The position numbers were made by a program, and so were the translations under genes. Below, in pieces: positions 17,378 through 26,943 of a DNA stretch of 31,535 bases. Location of the stretch: positions 1 to 31,535 of the forward strand of contig JAJRZD010000018.1 of the NCBI GenBank assembly GCA_024275415.1, read 5' to 3'. How positions within the stretch are numbered: position 1 is the stretch's first letter; the number at the start of each line of letters is the position of its first letter. The stretch is from an archaeon (GTDB lineage Archaea; Asgardarchaeota; Thorarchaeia; Thorarchaeales; Thorarchaeaceae). Under the pieces are notes generated by a model, which saw nothing but the letters and a program-made list of their open reading frames with translations, was not told the DNA's origin and made no database searches.

Positions 17378-17932
17378 ATGACCGAGGATATGTTGACAAT
17401 CGAAGCGGCACTTTATGCTGCAGGGAGAGCGCTGACGCTTCAGGAACTTGCTGACCTCATAGGGAAGGCAGAGTCCACTGCAAAGAAGATCCTCGACGAT
17501 CTCAGTTTCACATACCACAAACGCGAAGGTGCACTTGAAGTAGTAGCATTACCGCGGGACAGGTATGTCATGCAATTAAAACCCGAACTCACTCCAAGGA
17601 TAGCCAAATTCATTCCAGGCGGGTTGTTATCATATGCTACACTCCAAACCCTAGTCTATATTGCTTTAAAACAACCAATACTACAGTCGGAGCTTGTTTC
17701 TCAGAGAGGAACCCACTGCTATGAGCATGTGAAGGATCTCGAAGAGAAAAAATTCATTGAGGCAATCCCAGAGGGGCGAAGCAAACTCCTCAAGACCACC
17801 CCTCTCTTTGCGGACTACTTCGGCCTAGACCAAGATCGGATCAAGCTGAAGGCACAGCTCAAGTACAAGCTAAAGCGAATCCTCTCTGAACAAAAGGAGC
17901 GGGAGGAAGAAGTAGCTCGGGCCATGCTATGA
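17378..17932 (+). CDS. scpB: Segregation and condensation protein B
   Basis: IEAALYAAG, LQTLVYIALKQPI, HVKDLEEKKFI and TTPLFADYFGL. Start ATG 17378, 4 nt after the scpA stop; the ORF-track extension overlaps scpA. Confidence 0.92.
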   Translation: MTEDMLTIEAALYAAGRALTLQELADLIGKAESTAKKILDDLSFTYHKREGALEVVALPRDRYVMQLKPELTPRIAKFIPGGLLSYATLQTLVYIALKQPILQSELVSQRGTHCYEHVKDLEEKKFIEAIPEGRSKLLKTTPLFADYFGLDQDRIKLKAQLKYKLKRILSEQKEREEEVARAML

Positions 17933-18384
17933 GTACTCTGAGAGTCTTCCAATATTGAGAGAGTGAAATATGAACAATGGGTGTAGTGAGTGATTGGGTC
18001 GGTTTGGAGGGAACGAGTATATTGATGAAGAGTTCCTTTGCAACAACTGCAAGTGCATCTTCGTTTTTGATAATCATGACAAGTATGGCAAGGGAGCTGC
18101 AGCCAATCTCAGAGATAAGCCCAGCAAGTTGGATTCATAACAAAAAAACGACCTCACAATGAGGATTCTGCATTCTTTCGACCAGGGGATACTTGGAATT
18201 CTATCGAAAAGAGGTCAAGAAGCTGAGAGAAATCGCCGAGGAACTCTGACAGATGCTACCTCATCTCGAAGGTCGATGCAGGACTTGCAAATAGATATGG
18301 TGTCTTTGAACAGATTATCGCGCAAAATCTCAAGAGGGACTTGATAATTTACACAATATCGCCTTTTTGTGGTAACACGCATGT

Positions 18385-19398
18385 TCAACACACACGAGGC
18401 ACGGGCTCACCATATGGCACTTGGATGATTTTATGCCCACCAATTCGGGTCTTCATCACGACTCTCCCTGGGCCTTCAACTGCTTTTCCAATTACCGTTG
18501 CAGCTTGGGTGGTTGGATATCCGTGCAACGTTTCGAGGATGTCCTCAGAATGGGCAGGATCGACTGACATGAGAACCATTCCCTCATTGCTCATGTTAAG
18601 TGGGTTCAATCCAAGGATTTCGCAAAGAGAAGCCACACCTTGACGGATGGGGAGAAGGGTTTCATCAAGTTGAAACTCCAGTCCAGATTTCGATGCGATT
18701 TCATTAAGAGCCACCGCGGTGCCTCCGCGTGTGGGATCCTTCATGGCATGGATACCACCCACGCCAAGACAATCTCGGATTGGCTCCCAAAGCGGAGCAA
18801 CATCGCTAGTAAGGTCTGTGTCGAACTCAAGCCCTTCTCTGTGTGCAAGCAAAGTTGTCCCATGGTCGCCAATTGTACCGGTGAGGATGATATCATCGCC
18901 TAATTGTGCTCCACTATCAGACACGACTAGTCCATTATAGGGTTTGCCAATCCCAGTGGTTGATATCACAATCCCATCAACCGTGCCACTGGGCATGACC
19001 TTTGTATCCCCAGCGATCATGGCTATTCCGAGGGGTTCGATGACATCGTTAAGGGAATGAAGTATTCTGCGTAGTGTTTCTATCTCAGTCCCTTCCTCCA
19101 CAATAATCGTGTTTGTCATTGCAATTGGCTGTGCACCCATAACTGACAGGTCATTGATAGTGCCACAGGCGGTAAGTTTCCCAAGATCCCCTCCAGGAAA
19201 GAAGATAGGATGTATAGTATGTGCATCTGTGCAAACGACAAGCTGGGTACCATCCAACGGCAACGTCGCACCATCATCCATTTCATCGAGACCTATAGCA
19301 CCGAGCTTCCTGCGGCCGAAGGAAGGAATCACAACCTCCTCGAGTAGACGTTGCATGATCTTCCCACCAGCTCCATGGGCTGTGTCGATTCGTGTCAT
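18385..19398 (-). CDS. hypE: Hydrogenase maturation carbamoyl dehydratase HypE
   Basis: AHGAGGK, DAHTIHPIFFPGGDLGKL, GDTKV, MKDPTRGG, NEG and C-terminal PRVC; GGAGGT RBS. Confidence 0.96.
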   Translation of the reverse strand: MTRIDTAHGAGGKIMQRLLEEVVIPSFGRRKLGAIGLDEMDDGATLPLDGTQLVVCTDAHTIHPIFFPGGDLGKLTACGTINDLSVMGAQPIAMTNTIIVEEGTEIETLRRILHSLNDVIEPLGIAMIAGDTKVMPSGTVDGIVISTTGIGKPYNGLVVSDSGAQLGDDIILTGTIGDHGTTLLAHREGLEFDTDLTSDVAPLWEPIRDCLGVGGIHAMKDPTRGGTAVALNEIASKSGLEFQLDETLLPIRQGVASLCEILGLNPLNMSNEGMVLMSVDPAHSEDILETLHGYPTTQAATVIGKAVEGPGRVVMKTRIGGHKIIQVPYGEPVPRVC

Positions 19399-19492
19399 CT
19401 TCGTACCTCCGGATTGAGCAGGCCTGCGTGTATATGAAGAGTATATGAAAGGGACGCTCTGTCCATCACCTCTTAGTGGTCAATGAGCAAGA

Positions 19493-19500
19493 CTTAAAAC
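19493..19500 (+). promoter_or_regulatory. Putative TATA box of rps8e
   Basis: CTTAAAAC about 45 nt upstream of ATG 19546, with a GAGGT RBS between. Confidence 0.4.
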
Positions 19501-19545
19501 ATCTCCGCGACGAGCGACACTGACTTAACCAAGAGGTAGTCTATA

Positions 19546-19923
19546 ATGGGAATCTGGCACGGAAGATCTGGGCGTACTGAAACAGGCTCCAGGATTAAGA
19601 AGTTCAGAAGCAAGAGAAAGCATCAGATGGGCAGAGTTCCTACTGAAACCCTGAGGGGTGAACCAAAGCGGAAGACTATCAGAGGTAAAGGCAAGTCAAA
19701 GAAAGTACCAGCCTTTACTGTGAAATTTGCCAATGTAATCGACCCGAAGAAGAATGAAACATACCGTGCAGAGATAGAGGATGTTGAATCAAATCCTGCA
19801 AACATGGATTACCAGCGTAGAAAGGTGATCACAAGAGGTACTATAATCAAGACCTCAAAGGGACGGGCAAGAGTCACCAGCAGACCGGGTCAGGATGGCA
19901 TTGTCAACGCCGTGCTCATCTAA
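19546..19923 (+). CDS. rps8e: 30S ribosomal protein S8e
   Basis: MGIWHGRSGRTETG, KRKHQMGR, NPANMDYQRRKVITRGTII and ARVTSRPGQDGIVNAVL. Confidence 0.97.
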   Translation: MGIWHGRSGRTETGSRIKKFRSKRKHQMGRVPTETLRGEPKRKTIRGKGKSKKVPAFTVKFANVIDPKKNETYRAEIEDVESNPANMDYQRRKVITRGTIIKTSKGRARVTSRPGQDGIVNAVLI

Positions 19924-19937
19924 ATGGTCTGATCCTA

Positions 19938-20324
19938 TCAGGCATCATCAACTTCTGCACGTATATCAGTGATGATGAATTCTTTGCCACCAATGATTTC
20001 AGTGGCACTGCTACCACATGAAGGACATTTCATGGGAGAAAAGGAGGCAATTTGGGGAGGAATCTCAGGATCCACCTCTGACTCGCCCTCGAACCCACAG
20101 TCATGGCAACTCAATCGGCCCTTCTTCTTGATAATTAGTAATTTTGCTCCTTCAAGGATAGTGTTCTTGCTTGCAATCTCAAAATTGAATATCAGTTGCT
20201 CAGGGATCAGAAAGGTGAACTCACCAATTTCGATATTGACCTCGACCACCTTACGTGCGTTATTTTGGACTGCTGCATCAACTGCTGTTTCCACAATTGA
20301 GAGGGCTGCTGAGAACTCGTGCAG
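19938..20324 (-). CDS. hypA: Hydrogenase nickel incorporation protein HypA
   Basis: Two CxxC motifs (CHDC, CPSC), IGEFTFL..EQL and IIGGKEF. In-frame upstream extension CTG-CAC-GAG-TTC restores the canonical (M)HEFS N-terminus; the ORF track starts at 20294. Confidence 0.93.
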   Translation of the reverse strand: MHEFSAALSIVETAVDAAVQNNARKVVEVNIEIGEFTFLIPEQLIFNFEIASKNTILEGAKLLIIKKKGRLSCHDCGFEGESEVDPEIPPQIASFSPMKCPSCGSSATEIIGGKEFIITDIRAEVDDA

Positions 20325-20446
20325 TTTGTGCCACCTACGCTAACTGATAATTGTCGGAGTTAAGGGAGTTGCGTTATGGACGATTGTTTCAATCGACATA
20401 TATTCATTAACCTTGTATGACTTGTCTTGACTCGGAGACAATCTCG

Positions 20447-20995
20447 ATGGACGAAGGGACCAACGGCGAAATAAAGAAACTTGAATCAGCAATCAAGGAC
20501 CTCGATCTTGATTACATGCGTGGCTGGGTGACAGAAAACGAATATACGGCAAGGATGGACGAGCTGCGTAGCAGGTTGCAGGCATTGGGTGGAACCCTAC
20601 CGGTCAGCACAGCTGCACCACGGATAAAGACAGAGGACTTGAAGTCAGCCCGGTTAACGTCCACACCGCCAGAAAAGAAGACACTGATAGATCCTGTGAA
20701 CGCAGTGAAAAGAACGATTCAAAGCTTGCGAAAGATACCTATTGAAAGAATCGCCCAGGAATCGGGCGTGTCAGCCATCGAGGTCACAAAGATACTGACT
20801 GATTTGTTGGATGGACGAGAGATATCGGGCCGTGTTGATCACGAGTCCGGAGATTTCATCCTGGGTACGGGAACAGGGCCCGCACCAAAGACCGTGCATG
20901 GGTGTCCCTATTGCAGGGCAGAGATTGAACGGGTCGCTGTCAGAGGGGAAACCGTGACATGTGATATCTGTAGACAATCGTTCATCATCTCATAG
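20447..20995 (+). CDS. Hypothetical protein: N-terminal helical hairpin, PCI-like winged helix and C-terminal zinc ribbon
   Basis: IPIERIAQESGVSAIEVTKILTDLLDGREISGRVDHESGDFIL fits the PCI winged-helix consensus; CPYC...CDIC at the C-terminus. ATG 20447 follows GGAGA; alternative start 20417. Confidence 0.7.
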   Translation: MDEGTNGEIKKLESAIKDLDLDYMRGWVTENEYTARMDELRSRLQALGGTLPVSTAAPRIKTEDLKSARLTSTPPEKKTLIDPVNAVKRTIQSLRKIPIERIAQESGVSAIEVTKILTDLLDGREISGRVDHESGDFILGTGTGPAPKTVHGCPYCRAEIERVAVRGETVTCDICRQSFIIS

Positions 20996-21077
20996 AATTG
21001 AGTACATGGCGTTCATTCTCAACAGATATATTATGCCGACTATCAAGAGCGGAAGTATCTATTATACAGGTGTTTGG

Positions 21078-22355
21078 ATGAGTCTTGTAGAATCATGTCT
21101 GAAAGGTGATGAAGCAGGTGCAGTACAGGCGCTCCTAGATATGCTTCCGAGAGCACAGCCATCAGCAATGTGGGCAATCCTCATGCATGCTGCTTCATGG
21201 CATGAGCAGATGACCTATGATACACCTCATTCGACAATACTGACTTTTGCTATCCATAGGATGATAGAGAGTCTTGGTCCGCATGATAATCTCGGGACTG
21301 GTGAATCAAACGAAGCTCGACTGTCACTCTCAAGGGACTTGAAGAAGAACATGCAGATGATCTTTGTGGAACGCCTTGCCCGATATCTTGCGGCTGTGGA
21401 TCACTGGCTCCCAGAAAAAGGACCACGATACGATGTGTATTCAGGAGTGGACTCTCCGGGGAACTTGCTTCGGAAATTCGCTCAATCGATAAGAGAACGG
21501 AGTATCGTCGGAGCCATGGAAGGCTCTATTGGATTGCTGGGCATGGATCAGGTGTCGCGCTTGATCAGGATGGCACTATCAATGGCGGCTGAGAAACCAG
21601 ATAGCTTAGGCCATGGTTTCATCATGCCTGTGTCACTTCTGGCGGAGCTGCCCTCACACAAATACAGGCATCCAAGCATCACTACACTATGGCATCTGGT
21701 TGAGTACATGGTCAGGAAGGTGCCGACAAAAAAAACGGATGGTTTTTTCGAGGACGAGCAGTTCAAGAGGCTTGTAGAACCGACTGATCTATCAAAAGAC
21801 ACCGAGCTCATAGGAACCGCACTTGTCAACTATGGAATCCTTGGACACAATGGAATCTTCGCGCACAGGATAGCATATGCCTCGAGCACGGGGCTGATAC
21901 ATAATGAAACTGTCAGATGGCTGCTTGATAAGTTGAAAAAGAATATTGGTACGAAGGTGATGACTACCTCACAGCTCGAAACGGACTGGCTCATCAAGAC
22001 GAAGAAGGTTTCAGACTGGGGCTCAGAACCGGGTCTGGTCGGCCTGCCACACTCCAGTCCCACGCTGACATGGATGGAGTCGAACTTAGATGATGTTTGG
22101 AGCGCGATGTTGGATGCGAAGGGAAACACATTCGCGCACATGATCCTCAGCCTCTCTAAGAATGACTGGCAACTGGTGAGGGCTGCACAGTACGCGATAT
22201 CTGCATTGTACGGCAAGCCTAGATCCTCACATACCTTAATATTCACGCAATCGGCATGGGGCCTTGTAGACCTCGGATTAGTTTCTAATGACATTGCTGC
22301 ACTCCAAGTACATAGAATGATACGAGAACACTTGCTTACGGATGGCATGTCATAG
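21078..22355 (+). CDS. Hypothetical all-helical protein with four HxxI motifs
   Basis: About 425 aa; PHSTIL, GHGFIM, GHNGIF and SHTLIF recur in helical context. Start moved to ATG 21078 behind GGTG; the ORF track starts at 20961. Confidence 0.7.
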   Translation: MSLVESCLKGDEAGAVQALLDMLPRAQPSAMWAILMHAASWHEQMTYDTPHSTILTFAIHRMIESLGPHDNLGTGESNEARLSLSRDLKKNMQMIFVERLARYLAAVDHWLPEKGPRYDVYSGVDSPGNLLRKFAQSIRERSIVGAMEGSIGLLGMDQVSRLIRMALSMAAEKPDSLGHGFIMPVSLLAELPSHKYRHPSITTLWHLVEYMVRKVPTKKTDGFFEDEQFKRLVEPTDLSKDTELIGTALVNYGILGHNGIFAHRIAYASSTGLIHNETVRWLLDKLKKNIGTKVMTTSQLETDWLIKTKKVSDWGSEPGLVGLPHSSPTLTWMESNLDDVWSAMLDAKGNTFAHMILSLSKNDWQLVRAAQYAISALYGKPRSSHTLIFTQSAWGLVDLGLVSNDIAALQVHRMIREHLLTDGMS

Positions 22356-22511
22356 TTTCCTAAGATGACACAAGCAATGCAGTGTACAATCGTATTTTTC
22401 ATCAAATCAGGGGGTTCAATTTCCATTCAGAGAATTGAGTGTTATGCAAATGAAGTCCCACCAAAGGGATGATACTAAGAAATCCCAACGGCTCTAACAA
22501 TAGTTGACTGC

Positions 22512-22550
22512 AAAAAGAAAGAATATGAGAGAAGGAAGCGATCGCTTCCT
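22512..22550 (-). terminator. Palindrome plus pyrimidine tract terminating tfrAB
   Basis: Perfect 18-bp palindrome AGGAAGCGATCGCTTCCT (22533-22550) 4 nt after the tfrB stop, followed on the minus strand by TTCTTTCTTTTT. Confidence 0.65.
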
Positions 22551-22554
22551 CCAA

Positions 22555-24117
22555 TCAGTTCTCGTCGCCTTTCCTATAGGACTCCGCCAGCAGGTCGGGG
22601 ATGTACCTTGTTTCCATCCCTGTATCGTTCATCATATCTTTCAGCTGGATGGTACAGAACGGACATTCCGTTGTCACCATGTCAGCACCAGTGGCAAGGA
22701 CATATTCCTTCTTAGTAAGGGCAATCTTCTGTGACAGCTCACGGTTGCCTGCTCGTACGCCACCACCTGCACCACAACACCGATTCTTCATCGGATCCTC
22801 GACATATTCGATACCGGGAATCATCTTCAGGAGCTCGATCGGCTCTCCGTAGACACCCTGCCCTCTGCCTAGATGACATGGCTCATGATAGGTGACTCTG
22901 AGGTTAATCTCGCCCTTGGGCATGACAAGGTTCTCCTTCCCAATCACATCAATCATGTACTTGGACAGGTCATAGACCTTGAACCTTGGTGGTGTGCCTC
23001 GTGTTTCCTCGATGTACGGACGGTGATCCTCCGTCAAGGTCTTCCCGCACCCAGCACACGCCACGACTACCGTGTCAAAACCGTATTTCTCCATGGCAGC
23101 CTCAAATATCTCAGTGACCCTCTCAGTTGCAGCATGGGCAGTCGTCAGATCTCCTGTCCTGAACGCAGGGCTTGCACAGCACCATTGCTCTTTGGGCACG
23201 ATGACATCCACCCCATTACGATTCAGAACCTCAATGAGTGCCCGTCCAGTACTCTGCATCCTGTAATCAATCAGGCAACCAGTGAAGAACCCGACTCTCC
23301 CGCGAGGGTTCTCAACAACGAATTCCTCTGTTTCAAGACTATGTAGGAGCCCTGTGTCTTTCTCGGGTACTGAACGTCCCGTCTTGTTCACCTGATCAAG
23401 AAATGCCTGTTGCCCTTCTGACAGCTGATAACCTGCTTCCACAGCTTTCGCACGTAGAAGCTCTACAGCCAAGCCGGGTATCGGTATACTCTTTGGGCAT
23501 ATATCTTCGCACATTTTACACGTCGTGCAAGAATAGACCGCCTCGTTGATGGCCATAGCAACACGATCTTCTACATCTCTTGGGTCGAGTTCAAGCCGTG
23601 CGATTTGCCGGATAATCATAGGACCTGGGTACGCCCAAGTTTCCCGCACTATCGGACAATTAGATAGGCATGCACTACATTCAATGCATTTACGAATCTC
23701 ACGGAGCTTCTCTATCTCTTCCGAATGGATAATCTCGGGTCGCTGCGGGGGTTTGTCACGAGCGACGTAGGGCCGGATGCGCCGTATCCTAAAGGTCACC
23801 TGTGCCATATCGACGACTAAATCCTTGATAATTGGCATCTTCTCAAGAGGTTGAAGAAGGAGTTCCTCGTCAGGATTCACTTTCGTCCTGCATGCGATTC
23901 GTGCAGTACCATTAACCCTCACGGCGCAGGAGCCGCACTGTCCACCTCTGCATTCCCATCGGAAGGCGAGGCTTGAGTCGTGTCTGTCTTGGATGAACAG
24001 AAGCACGTCTAGGACTGTCATGCCGGGCTCGTATTCCACATCGAAGTCCTGCAGATACGGGGCATCGTCCTTGTCAGGATTGTAACGCTCTACGCGAGTC
24101 TTGATGGTCTTTGTCAT
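22555..24117 (-). CDS. tfrB: Thiol:fumarate reductase-type iron-sulfur subunit (FrdB/SdhB domain fused to two CCG domains)
   Basis: 2Fe-2S motif CRGGQCGSC...C; 4Fe-4S motifs CIECSAC...CP and CTTCKMC...CP; HdrD-like CCG region FTGC, WCCA, CAGC, YHEPCHL, RCCGAGGG and ECPFC. Confidence 0.88.
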   Translation of the reverse strand: MTKTIKTRVERYNPDKDDAPYLQDFDVEYEPGMTVLDVLLFIQDRHDSSLAFRWECRGGQCGSCAVRVNGTARIACRTKVNPDEELLLQPLEKMPIIKDLVVDMAQVTFRIRRIRPYVARDKPPQRPEIIHSEEIEKLREIRKCIECSACLSNCPIVRETWAYPGPMIIRQIARLELDPRDVEDRVAMAINEAVYSCTTCKMCEDICPKSIPIPGLAVELLRAKAVEAGYQLSEGQQAFLDQVNKTGRSVPEKDTGLLHSLETEEFVVENPRGRVGFFTGCLIDYRMQSTGRALIEVLNRNGVDVIVPKEQWCCASPAFRTGDLTTAHAATERVTEIFEAAMEKYGFDTVVVACAGCGKTLTEDHRPYIEETRGTPPRFKVYDLSKYMIDVIGKENLVMPKGEINLRVTYHEPCHLGRGQGVYGEPIELLKMIPGIEYVEDPMKNRCCGAGGGVRAGNRELSQKIALTKKEYVLATGADMVTTECPFCTIQLKDMMNDTGMETRYIPDLLAESYRKGDEN

Positions 24118-24130
24118 ATCTTGGTCCTCC

Positions 24131-25828
24131 TCAAGGTAGTTCGACCTTGGTCACTACAACGTCGTCTTTCCGCAGTTCCATCTCGCCATCCTTGCCCTTA
24201 CGGATGATTATATTGTAATATCCCTTGTCATTGGGGTCAGCATCCACACGGTAATGGGCACCCCTGCTGCCCTTTCTCATGAGGGCAGCCTCAGCTACCA
24301 TCCGTGCGGTCTTGACCATGTGCTCAAATTCCATAGCCTGATGCCACCCTGGGTTGAACCGTTTCTCCTTCACATCCACCTTGATGTTCGGAACCACTTC
24401 TTTTTCGATCCTGCGAAGCTCCTTCACTGCATAAGCGAGATCCTTCTCGTTCCTGAATATCTGAACCTTCTCCCACATCAGCGTGGTGAGCTCGTCGCGC
24501 GCGTCAGAAGGTGAGATGCCTTCCTTTCTGGTCAGCATCGCCTCAAGATGTGCGAACTCTTTCTGCACTTCGTCACGGTTCACACCCGGGCGCTCGTTCG
24601 TTTTCGCATACTTTGCTGCATTCTCACCTGAAAGAGCTCCGAAGACCTGTGTGTCAGCAAGTGCGTTCCCGCCCAGACGGTTGCCACCATGAACCCCACC
24701 AGTACACTCACCCGCTGCGAAAACACCGGGGATTGTAGACTGGGCATTCGTGTCTATTTTGATGCCACCCATGAAGTGATGTGCTGTCGGGGATACCTCC
24801 ATCGGCTCGTTCCTGATGTCCACCCCTGCATCCTCAAACTGCTCAATCATGCTCTCGAGACGGAACTCGATAATCTGATGGGGGATGTGAGCAATGCTCA
24901 GATATGCACCTCCATTTGGAGATCCTCGCCCTTCCAAGACCTCAGTCATAATTGAACGTGCCACTTGGTCACGCCCTGCCAACTCCATGACCGCAGGGTA
25001 ATACTTGTTCATGAATCGTTCGCCCTTGTTGTTGAGCAGGATGCCACCCTCCCCTCGGACTGCCTCGGTCACCAGTCTGCCTACAGCTGACTTAGGAGCA
25101 CACATTCCGGTGGGATGGAACTGGATCATTTCCATATCGATGAGTTCAGCTCCGGCCTCGTATGCCATGCCGTAACCATCACCGACATCAAGTTGTGCGT
25201 TGCTCGTCACCTTGTAGATGCGCCCTGCGCCACCAGTTGCCATTACCACTGCCTTGGGACGGAACAGGATATAGTCGCCATACTTCAAATCCACAGCAGT
25301 GACCGCCGATATCTTGCCGTCATTGAGAACGAGCCTTGTTGCAAATACCTCATCAAATACACGCACCGAGGTCTTTCGAATTGCCTCCGTGAGCGTGACC
25401 ATAATCTCTGAGCCCGTCCTGTCTGAAGCATAGGCAGTCCTTCTCCAAGACTGTTTCCCGAATGTCCTTTGCGCTATCTTTCCTTCAGGAGTCCTATCAA
25501 ATACAGCCCCGAATTCTTCGAGATCAAAAATGCGCTCAGAAGCATTCTCTACGAGAATCTGGACAAGTTCCTGATTGTTGAGATAATTACCACCCACGAT
25601 GGTGTCTTTGAAGTGCGTATCCACATCGTCCTCGGGATCCACATTTCCGAGGGAAACGTTGTATCCACCCTCAGCCATGGCAGTGTGAGCCTTTCCGACC
25701 AGTTCCTTGCTGATCATGATAACATCAAGGTTGTGCTTTGATGCCTCGATGGCAGCTCGACAGCCAGCACCACCAGCGCCAATAATGAGGACATCGCACA
25801 GTATCGTCTTATAGGGAAGTTCGTCCAA
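24131..25828 (-). CDS. tfrA: Fumarate reductase flavoprotein subunit (thiol:fumarate reductase A type)
   Basis: GAGGAG FAD motif, KAHTAMAEGG, QFHPTG, TEAVRGEGG, RDQVAR, AHHFMGGI, VHGGNRLGGNAL and SRGAHYR; TTG start behind GGAGGA. Confidence 0.92.
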   Translation of the reverse strand: MDELPYKTILCDVLIIGAGGAGCRAAIEASKHNLDVIMISKELVGKAHTAMAEGGYNVSLGNVDPEDDVDTHFKDTIVGGNYLNNQELVQILVENASERIFDLEEFGAVFDRTPEGKIAQRTFGKQSWRRTAYASDRTGSEIMVTLTEAIRKTSVRVFDEVFATRLVLNDGKISAVTAVDLKYGDYILFRPKAVVMATGGAGRIYKVTSNAQLDVGDGYGMAYEAGAELIDMEMIQFHPTGMCAPKSAVGRLVTEAVRGEGGILLNNKGERFMNKYYPAVMELAGRDQVARSIMTEVLEGRGSPNGGAYLSIAHIPHQIIEFRLESMIEQFEDAGVDIRNEPMEVSPTAHHFMGGIKIDTNAQSTIPGVFAAGECTGGVHGGNRLGGNALADTQVFGALSGENAAKYAKTNERPGVNRDEVQKEFAHLEAMLTRKEGISPSDARDELTTLMWEKVQIFRNEKDLAYAVKELRRIEKEVVPNIKVDVKEKRFNPGWHQAMEFEHMVKTARMVAEAALMRKGSRGAHYRVDADPNDKGYYNIIIRKGKDGEMELRKDDVVVTKVELP

Positions 25829-26105
25829 CAGCTATCCTCCAATGGAGTTCTTGCTCTGAAACGTCGGGAAGCGTCTGCCTTTTAGGAGTTACTATTTGGA
25901 GAGATATCAATCACTAGAGAGAGGGATGCCTGTTTTTCAAAGGGATGTTCATATCAATAGGAGATACGATTGGGTTGGGAAAACGGATTCTATTGATACG
26001 GATTTGACGTGGTAGTCTTACGGAAATGGATAGGGTTTTTAATCTTCACGCGAAGGTAATAATGGTGTACTGCTCGGTAGGCGGTCAATCTACGGAGAAG
26101 GTGTT

Positions 26106-26207
26106 ATGGGAAAAGAAGATCTCATGCTTGTGATGGTACTACTTGTGCTTTTCATCATGGTCGCATATGGGATGACATTGCAGATGATGGTGGCATTAGG
26201 AGGCTAA
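26106..26207 (+). CDS. Putative 33-aa single-pass membrane microprotein
   Basis: MGKEDLMLVMVLLVLFIMVAYGMTLQMMVALGG; GGAGAAGGTG RBS directly upstream and TTTTAATC TATA-like box near 26037-26044. Below the ORF-track size cutoff. Confidence 0.5.
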   Translation: MGKEDLMLVMVLLVLFIMVAYGMTLQMMVALGG

Positions 26208-26336
26208 AGAAATACTTCAGGTCAATTGAGTCAATCAGACCAGAGGATATAGCATATGAATAGGATTTGTCATTCTTTACCAAGAGGACAATAAAAGAAG
26301 AAGGGAGATGCAATTCAATCTCCCAAAAAAACAGAA

Positions 26337-26942
26337 CTACTCGATACCAATTATTGCATATACATCAGCCTTGCGTTCAGCCACACGCTTATCCATTTCA
26401 TCATGCATACTATTGCCATGTGAATCCATAGTGACAAGAAGAGGGCCGAACTCTTCAGCAGTGATGACCCAGAGAGCTTCGGGCATCCCTAGATCTTGCC
26501 ATTCATAAGCTCGCACTTCCTTCAGGCCCTTAGCCGCAAGCGCACCACACCCACCTGTATAGCTGCAATAGACGGCGCCGACCTCCTTCAGGGCTTCAAG
26601 GGTCTTAGCACCCATACCTCCCTTTCCAACTATTATGCGGGCGTTATACTTGCGAAGGAACTCGTCCTCGAACAGCTCCATCCTGATGCTAGTTGTAGGC
26701 CCTGCGGAAACTATTTTCCACTTGCCGTCCTTTTGCCAAGCGACAGGGCCGACATGATAGATGACGCTGCCTTCGAAATCCACAGGGGGCATCTCTCCCT
26801 TCTCGAATAGATGAAGTGCTCTTTCATGAGCTTCATCCCGCGCGGTATATACATGCTCTCCCGTGACATAGACTATGTCGCCCACTTGTAGTTTGCGTGC
26901 GTCCGCCTCTGAGATTGGTGTGGTAAGATGATATTCAACCAT
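26337..26942 (-). CDS. Class I Fe-S fumarate hydratase beta (C-terminal) subunit
   Basis: LQVGDIVYVTG, TARDEAH, IYHVGP, SAGPTTSIRM, IVGKGGMG, LGMPEALW and FGPLLVTMDSHGNS. Confidence 0.92.
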   Translation of the reverse strand: MVEYHLTTPISEADARKLQVGDIVYVTGEHVYTARDEAHERALHLFEKGEMPPVDFEGSVIYHVGPVAWQKDGKWKIVSAGPTTSIRMELFEDEFLRKYNARIIVGKGGMGAKTLEALKEVGAVYCSYTGGCGALAAKGLKEVRAYEWQDLGMPEALWVITAEEFGPLLVTMDSHGNSMHDEMDKRVAERKADVYAIIGIE

Positions 26943-26943
26943 T

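Noticed and set aside
17933-18384. Possible pseudogene in the scpB-hypE gap (fragments FLCNNCKC and YLEFYRKEVKKLREIAEEL)
   Set aside because: The fragments look protein-like but are split by stops and frame changes, and I cannot assign them to a family.
25927-26016. 29-codon ORF MPVFQRDV... upstream of tfrA
   Set aside because: No composition signal or convincing RBS; likely promoter DNA.
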